Assembly (NCBI GenBank): GCA_951406725.2
Contig: OX597838.1
Coordinates: 12,214,001-12,278,000 of the forward strand
Direction of reading: 5' to 3'
DNA length: 64,000 nt
Origin: Octopus vulgaris
Taxonomy: Eukaryota
Part shown: in pieces, positions 57,282 to 64,000 of the stretch
How the letters are laid out: each line of letters opens with the position of its first letter
How positions within the stretch are numbered: the first letter of the stretch is position 1
Notes under the pieces: generated by a model
Seen by the model: the letters and a program-made list of their open reading frames with translations, nothing else
Databases searched by the model: none
What the model was told of the DNA's origin: nothing
Position numbers and translations under genes: made by a program

Positions 57282-57378
57282 CACCACCACCATCACCATC
57301 ATCATCATCATCATCATCATCACCACCATTATCATCATCATCATCATCACCATCATCACCATCATCATCATCATCACC

Positions 57379-57410
<32 letters not shown>

Positions 57411-57437
57411 CATCACCATCACCATCACCATCATCAC

Positions 57438-57475
<38 letters not shown>

Positions 57476-57570
57476 CCATCATCATCATAATCATCATTAC
57501 CACATCATCATCACCATCATCATCATCATCATCATCGCCATCATCGCCATCATCATCACCAATATCACCA
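57150..57570. repeat. (CAT)n/(CAC)n repeat
   Basis: Directly visible. Confidence 0.97.
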
Positions 57571-57813
57571 CCGGCACCGTCATCTCAACCACCTTCCCTC
57601 ACTAGCACCACCACCAACCACTACCATCTTCGCCACCACCACCAGTCACCACAACAACCACCGCCGTCGCCAACAGCAAGAATACCACTGTCACTACAAC
57701 CACCACCACCACCACCACCACCACCACCACCATAATTAGTTTTCGTAACATTCTTCGTTATTTTCCCCGTGTTTTTCTGTATTTTTATTTCTTTGTATTT
57801 GTTGTTTATTTTT

Positions 57814-57851
<38 letters not shown>

Positions 57852-58128
57852 AATATATATATATTTATATAGTGTGTGTGTGTTGGTGTGTTGGGTGTAT
57901 GTATGTATATCCAGTTGTGTAAGTTAACCTATATATATTTTTTAATTAATTGATCATTAGGGAATCCTCTTTAAATATTGATTACGTCCTTCAGTCGATT
58001 AACATATTTCTCTGTTTATATACATCCGTACATACATACATACACACTTTTTTCTGTGTCTGTTTCTTTCTTCTACTTACATTCATACGTACATGTATAC
58101 AAATATACAAATATATATTATGCATATA

Positions 58129-58262
<134 letters not shown>

Positions 58263-58275
58263 TATACATATATAC

Positions 58276-58348
<73 letters not shown>

Positions 58349-58349
58349 C

Positions 58350-58455
<106 letters not shown>

Positions 58456-59325
58456 GCTGAACGAGGATAAATTTGAGCTAATCCACTTTGGAAAAGAGGA
58501 TGCCCTGAAACTCCCATACTCCCTTCCTTCAGGTGAAACTCTCGCGGCGTCCAACAACATCAGAGACTTGGGAGTAATTGTGGACAACAACATAAGCTGG
58601 GCCACTCATATAAACACCAAAGTTGACATGGCCCGCAGAATGTGTTCCTGGATTCTCAGAACTTTCCAGTCGAGAGATATCCACACCATTATCCTTCTCT
58701 TCTCCACTTTTGCCCGACCCCACCTTGAATACTGTTGTCCACTGTGGTCTCCCCACACAATACAAGGTATCATAAAAGTTGAAGCACCTCAAAGGGCAAT
58801 CACAAAAAAGATAGATGGCATGACAGGCCTCGACTATTGGGGTCGACTAGAAAAGCTAAAACTCTATTCTCTCCAACGTCGTCGTGAGCGCTACATCATC
58901 TGCATGATGTGGAAAATATTCCATCAGCATTGCCCAAATGATGTTGGCATCACCTTTAAGGTACATCCAAGGCTTGGGCCCCGTGCCATCCGACCAAAAC
59001 AAAAATCGCACTCTCATCTCATAACAACAATACGGCACAATTATTTCACCTCAATTGGCCCCGCTCTCTTTAACATTACACCAAAACACATTAAAACAGA
59101 AACTGACCCTATAGGGTTCAAGAAGTCTTTGGACAGATTCCTTCAAGAAATCCCGGATAAACCCCCTACACCCGGATATGTCTCTGTAAACAATAACTCT
59201 CTACTTGAGTGGGCCATAGTGCCCAAATTCTGACTTGAAAGACTTCACAAGGTGGTGCTATTAAGTTAGACATGGCCTGGGCCAATAATGGCCGAAACCT
59301 ATCAAAGTATCAAAGTATCAAAGTA
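58456..59325 (+). mobile_element. 5'-truncated CR1-like LINE: end of RT, C-terminus and 3' UTR
   Basis: Open frame [12 protein letters not shown]...[15 protein letters not shown]...[14 protein letters not shown]...[11 protein letters not shown] to the stop at 59233; tail (TATCAAAG)3; embedded in (TA)n. Confidence 0.93.
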
Positions 59326-59449
<124 letters not shown>

Positions 59450-59946
59450 TATACATGTATATATATACATATACATGCATGCATATATATTTGTATATAT
59501 GTATACATATACGTATGAATGTAAGTACACGGCGTATTTAATAGTGGTGAGGGAGATGATGGTGGTGGTAGTTTGGTGACGATAGTGTTGATACTGTTGC
59601 TTGCTATTTCCCATGTTTGATGCATATTTTTTTGAAAAATCTCTCAATCCGTCATCTTCTTCTGAATACTCTTTTTGTCTTCATGTCATTCTCTTATACT
59701 GTTGTTTCGTATTATTCTCTCTATTCTCACTGTTCCGCATTCTCTTATTCTAGGTAATATCATTATTTTGTTACATTGTCATATGCGTATTCTTTTATTC
59801 TCTACAATGTCATTCTTTTATTCTCTACAGTTGCTCCGTTCCATATTTTCTTGTTCTCGCCAACGTTATTCTGGTATAGAGTTGTTCTGTATTCTCTTAT
59901 TTTCTCCGATGTCATTCTGTTATATATCTATTCCTTATTTTCCTAT

Positions 59947-60006
<60 letters not shown>

Positions 60007-60302
60007 TGTGTGTGTGTGTGCGTGTGTGTGTGTGTGTGTATGACTCACTGCTACCTCAAGCGACCGAGTGTCTATCATTGCTAAGACCAAACAAGGTCGA
60101 AATCACGTGAGCTGGTAGTCTCAGCGCTGGATGTAGTGAAGATTTATTTCCCCGCGTTAGCAATATAAACAAGAAGGCATTTTGCACCCAAAACCAATAT
60201 GAGAGTTTTTCTCATGGTATCTATCACAGTGTAGTTTGTTCTAACAGAACATCTGCATTTAAGTGGGGATAAATATTACCTATCTCTATTAATACTGTCT
60301 CT

Positions 60303-60339
<37 letters not shown>

Positions 60340-60589
60340 AAGAAGCAGAGAACGCGTTGGGCACTTTATCGTGGATAAAAGTGAAGAAGTATTTACATTG
60401 TAATCAAAATATGCTACCTGCTTCAATCCTTTTCAAAAGGTGATTTAGTCATGCTGAAATAGAAAAGAAAAGAAATCGAAATGAATTAAATTAAACTGAT
60501 ATCAGTTGTGAAAGTTCACAAGTTTTTCTCATGACAGTCACATATTGTTGATGCTTCGTTTCCTTCTGAAACTTTCTGAATCGTGGTAG

Positions 60590-60645
<56 letters not shown>

Positions 60646-60748
60646 TCAGGAGTGACTTAATTAACTGCGGTGGCGTGTGTGGCTTCCAGTAGCAGTAGCA
60701 AAAGGAATGTTATAACTGCAGCAATTGTTTTCTTATGTATGTTTATTA

Positions 60749-61170
60749 GGCGCAGGAGTGGCTGTGTGGTAAGTAGCTTGCTAACCAACCACATGGTTCC
60801 GGGTTCAGTCCCACTGCGTGGCGTCTTGGGCAAGTGTCTTCTGCTATAGCCCCGGGCCGACCAATGCCTTGTGTATGGATTTGGTAGACGGAAACTGAAA
60901 GAAGCCTGTCGTATATATGTATATATATGTATATATATGTGTGTGTATGTGTTTGTGTGCCTGTGTTTGTCCCCTCAGCATTGCTTGACAACCGATGCTG
61001 GTGTGTTTACGTCCCCGTAACTTGGCGGTTCGGCAAAAGAGACCGATAGAATAAGTACTGAGCTTACAAAAGAATAAGTCCCCTGGGTCGATTTGCTCGA
61101 CTAAAAGCGGTGCTCCAGCATGGCCGCAGTCAAATGACTGAAACATGTAAAAGATGTAAAAGAGAGAGTA
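60749..61170 (+). mobile_element. SINE family A, full length
   Basis: Consensus match. Confidence 0.92.
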
Positions 61171-61632
61171 AGAGTAAGTATTATTTCAAAATTTCTGCGT
61201 ACCCCCAAGCAACGTTACTCCAGAGATCCTTCGGAGGATTCTATCCTTAACTACCACTTGTATTCGCGATTATTTATGACCACAGATGTGGACAGGCACG
61301 GAAACAAACTGAAGACGGTGTGTCTAGATTTTTTTCAGCAGCCTCTTCTCTTCTGGTATTAAAATGCATCGGCTGCCATCAGAAAAAACAAAAACAGCTG
61401 TGTTTTAATTAATTGCACGATATACCATAGAAATTATAGATTCTTTGAGATTTCTTTCCTCATTCAGTGACATTTGCAATGACCGCTAGGTGTTTCTGTA
61501 CCTTTTCTCATAATTTTGACAAATCAAAAAATTATTTTCTATGGTGTTTAGTATCCTCCGCCACCCATCCATACTTCATCTTCGTTGTTCGAATTCATGC
61601 CACACTGATATGTGTTTTCGACAGTATTTTCG

Positions 61633-61674
<42 letters not shown>

Positions 61675-61873
61675 ATAGAGAGAGAGAAAAAGAAAGAAAG
61701 AAAGAAAGAAAAAAGTAAGAAGAAAGAAAAGAAAGTCAGAGAGATGTATACGCATGAAGATGTGTACATTTATGCATGTATATATACGCGTGTATGTGCA
61801 TATATATATACTTTATATATATATATATATAGTAATGTACTTATGGACAGATAGATAGATAGATAGATAGATC

Positions 61874-61940
<67 letters not shown>

Positions 61941-62373
61941 TGATTGATTGATTGATTGATTGGTTGGTTGGTTGAGAGAGAAAGAGGGAGACAAGAAGAT
62001 GTATGTACGCGTGTTTGGTGGAAGCATTTGAAAGGTAAATTTGTAGATAGATCGATAACTCGATAGGTTGTTAGACACAATTTTGTTAATGAGCTGGAAT
62101 TTGTTAATATTTGTGGGTGAGTGTGTGTGCGTGTGTGTGCGTGTGTGTGTTTGTGCATGCGCGCACGCGCGTGTATGTCGTACTTATACATTAAGCGTGG
62201 TAAATGAGATAGTAATAGTAACATTTTTGGACTCATAAATACGTGCTTACATTATACACACAAGCATATACATGTAGATATATATAAGTACAACGTTTGC
62301 GTGCACACATTTCTATATACCTTCGAACACTAATATGCCTATATGCATATATATATATACATATATATATATA

Positions 62374-62772
62374 GGCGCAGGAGTGGCCGTGTGGTAAGTA
62401 GCTTGCTTACCAACCACATGGTTCCGGGTTCAGTCCCACTGCGTGGCATCTTGGGCAAGTGTCTTCTACTATAGCCTCGGGCCGACCAAAGGCTTGTGAG
62501 TGGATTTGGTAGACGGAAACTGAAAGAAGCCCGTCGTATATATGTATATATATGCGTGTGTATGTTTGTGTCTGTATTTGTCCCCCTAGCATTGCTTGAC
62601 AACGGATGCTGGTGTGTTTATGTCCCCGTTACTTAGCGGTTCGACAAAAAGATACCGATAGAATAAGTACTGGGCTTACAAAGAATAAGTCCCGGGGTCG
62701 AGTTGCTCGATTAAAGGCGGTGCTCCAGCATGGCCGCAGTCAAATGACTGAAACAAGTAAAAGAGAAAAGAG
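62374..62772 (+). mobile_element. SINE family A, full length
   Basis: Consensus match. Confidence 0.92.
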
Positions 62773-62954
62773 AATATATGTGTGTGTGTGTGTGTGTATT
62801 ATCGAATATATACATAATATGCATAATACGTAAGAGAACAGAGGTCGTGTAATCAACTCTATTAACTGGTGGATGTTTTTGCTACAAGAAGCCGCGCAAT
62901 CAAAGCTGAACGCTTGCACGAAAACGTTTCTCTTCCTCAAAGAGACGCTGACAT

Positions 62955-63250
62955 GATTATGTCGTTAAGAAGCTCCCTCCCTTTGTAGCCACTTGAATTC
63001 AGGTTCAGTCCCTCTGCGCAGCAAGTTGGTCAAATGCTTTTTTTTACTAAAGTCCCTAATCGACGAATATCTTGTGAGGGAATTTTGTGGACAGAAACTC
63101 TGGGAAAGCACGTTTTATATACCTAAATATGCGTGTGTGTGTCTTTGTGTGCGCGTGTGTGTCTTTGTGTTGGTGTTGTCCCTCCACCGCTTCATAACAG
63201 GTATCGTTTTAAACGAAGCGCTTCGGCAAAAAGTTACCGATAGAGTAAGC
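62955..63250 (+). mobile_element. Old diverged SINE family A
   Basis: GGTTCAGTCCC...CTTGTGAGGGAATTT...TTCGGCAAAAAG..ACCGATAGA. Confidence 0.65.
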
Positions 63251-63742
63251 GAATTCATACGATTATGTAAAAAGAAAAAAATTGTGTGTGTGATGTAAGG
63301 GCGATTTAGATGTTGCTTTTAGCACATCCCACGACCACCGTCCTTCTTTCTTTGTCACTCTGGCATGTATTAATATTTTTCAGTATTTTTCTCATCATAA
63401 ATACATTTAATCGAATGATGATGCAAGGGTGATCCATTGCTGGGATTTAAGCAAAAACATTGGACTGTCTGTTTTTGAAACTGATTTTAGAAGAAAATTC
63501 GTAAAACAGTGGAAATCTTAGGATTTATGAATGCGGGGGAGGATTTGAAGAAAAAATTATTTTGTTTCATAATCGTGTGAACTCCCGTGTGTAGAACACA
63601 AATTCGCAAAACTTTTATTAGAATTCCGTAAAATAAAAAAAAAAGTCATGAGGGATTATATAGAATGCTTAAACCAGAATTCTACCGAATATCTATGGTA
63701 AACGAATGAAGAATTCCAGCTCTCACATTCTGGTTATGAATT

Positions 63743-64000
63743 TATTTCTTTATTACCCACAAGGAGCTAAACATAGAGGGGACAAACAATGACAGACAGA
63801 CGGATTAAGTCGATTACATCGACCCCAGTGCGTAACTGGTACTTAAGTTATCGACTCCGAAAGGATGAAAGGCAAAGTCGACCTCGGCGGAATTTGAAAT
63901 CAGAACGTAACGGCAGACGAAATACCTATTTCTTTATTACCCACAAGGGGCTAAACACAGAGGGAACAAACAAGGACAGACATAAGTATTAAGTCGATTA
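63743..64000 (-). mobile_element. SINE family B tandem multimer, running off the window
   Basis: 184-bp period; same junction as 54722-55140. Confidence 0.9.

Overview
AT-rich, microsatellite-saturated eukaryotic DNA. The tRNA-derived SINE families suggest an octopus (coleoid cephalopod) genome; this is an inference. Nearly all ORFs in the supplied track are translations of simple repeats. Real content: many SINEs from at least three families, truncated LINE fragments (RTE, CR1-like, R4/Dong-like, Tx1/L1-like), DNA-transposon relics (mariner, Tc1, Merlin-like, MITEs) and one plausible host ORF (243-aa coiled coil, 24802-25533). The standout is a nearly perfect non-coding array at 40893-44244: about 5.25 head-to-tail copies of a 534-bp unit preceded by one inverted copy. 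Each full unit carries a complete type I hammerhead ribozyme motif, making it a candidate retrozyme / Penelope-type circular-RNA element. Several unrelated hammerhead-like motifs sit in short repeats beside (TA)n tracts elsewhere in the window. All folds were paired by eye, and family names come from recognition rather than a database search.
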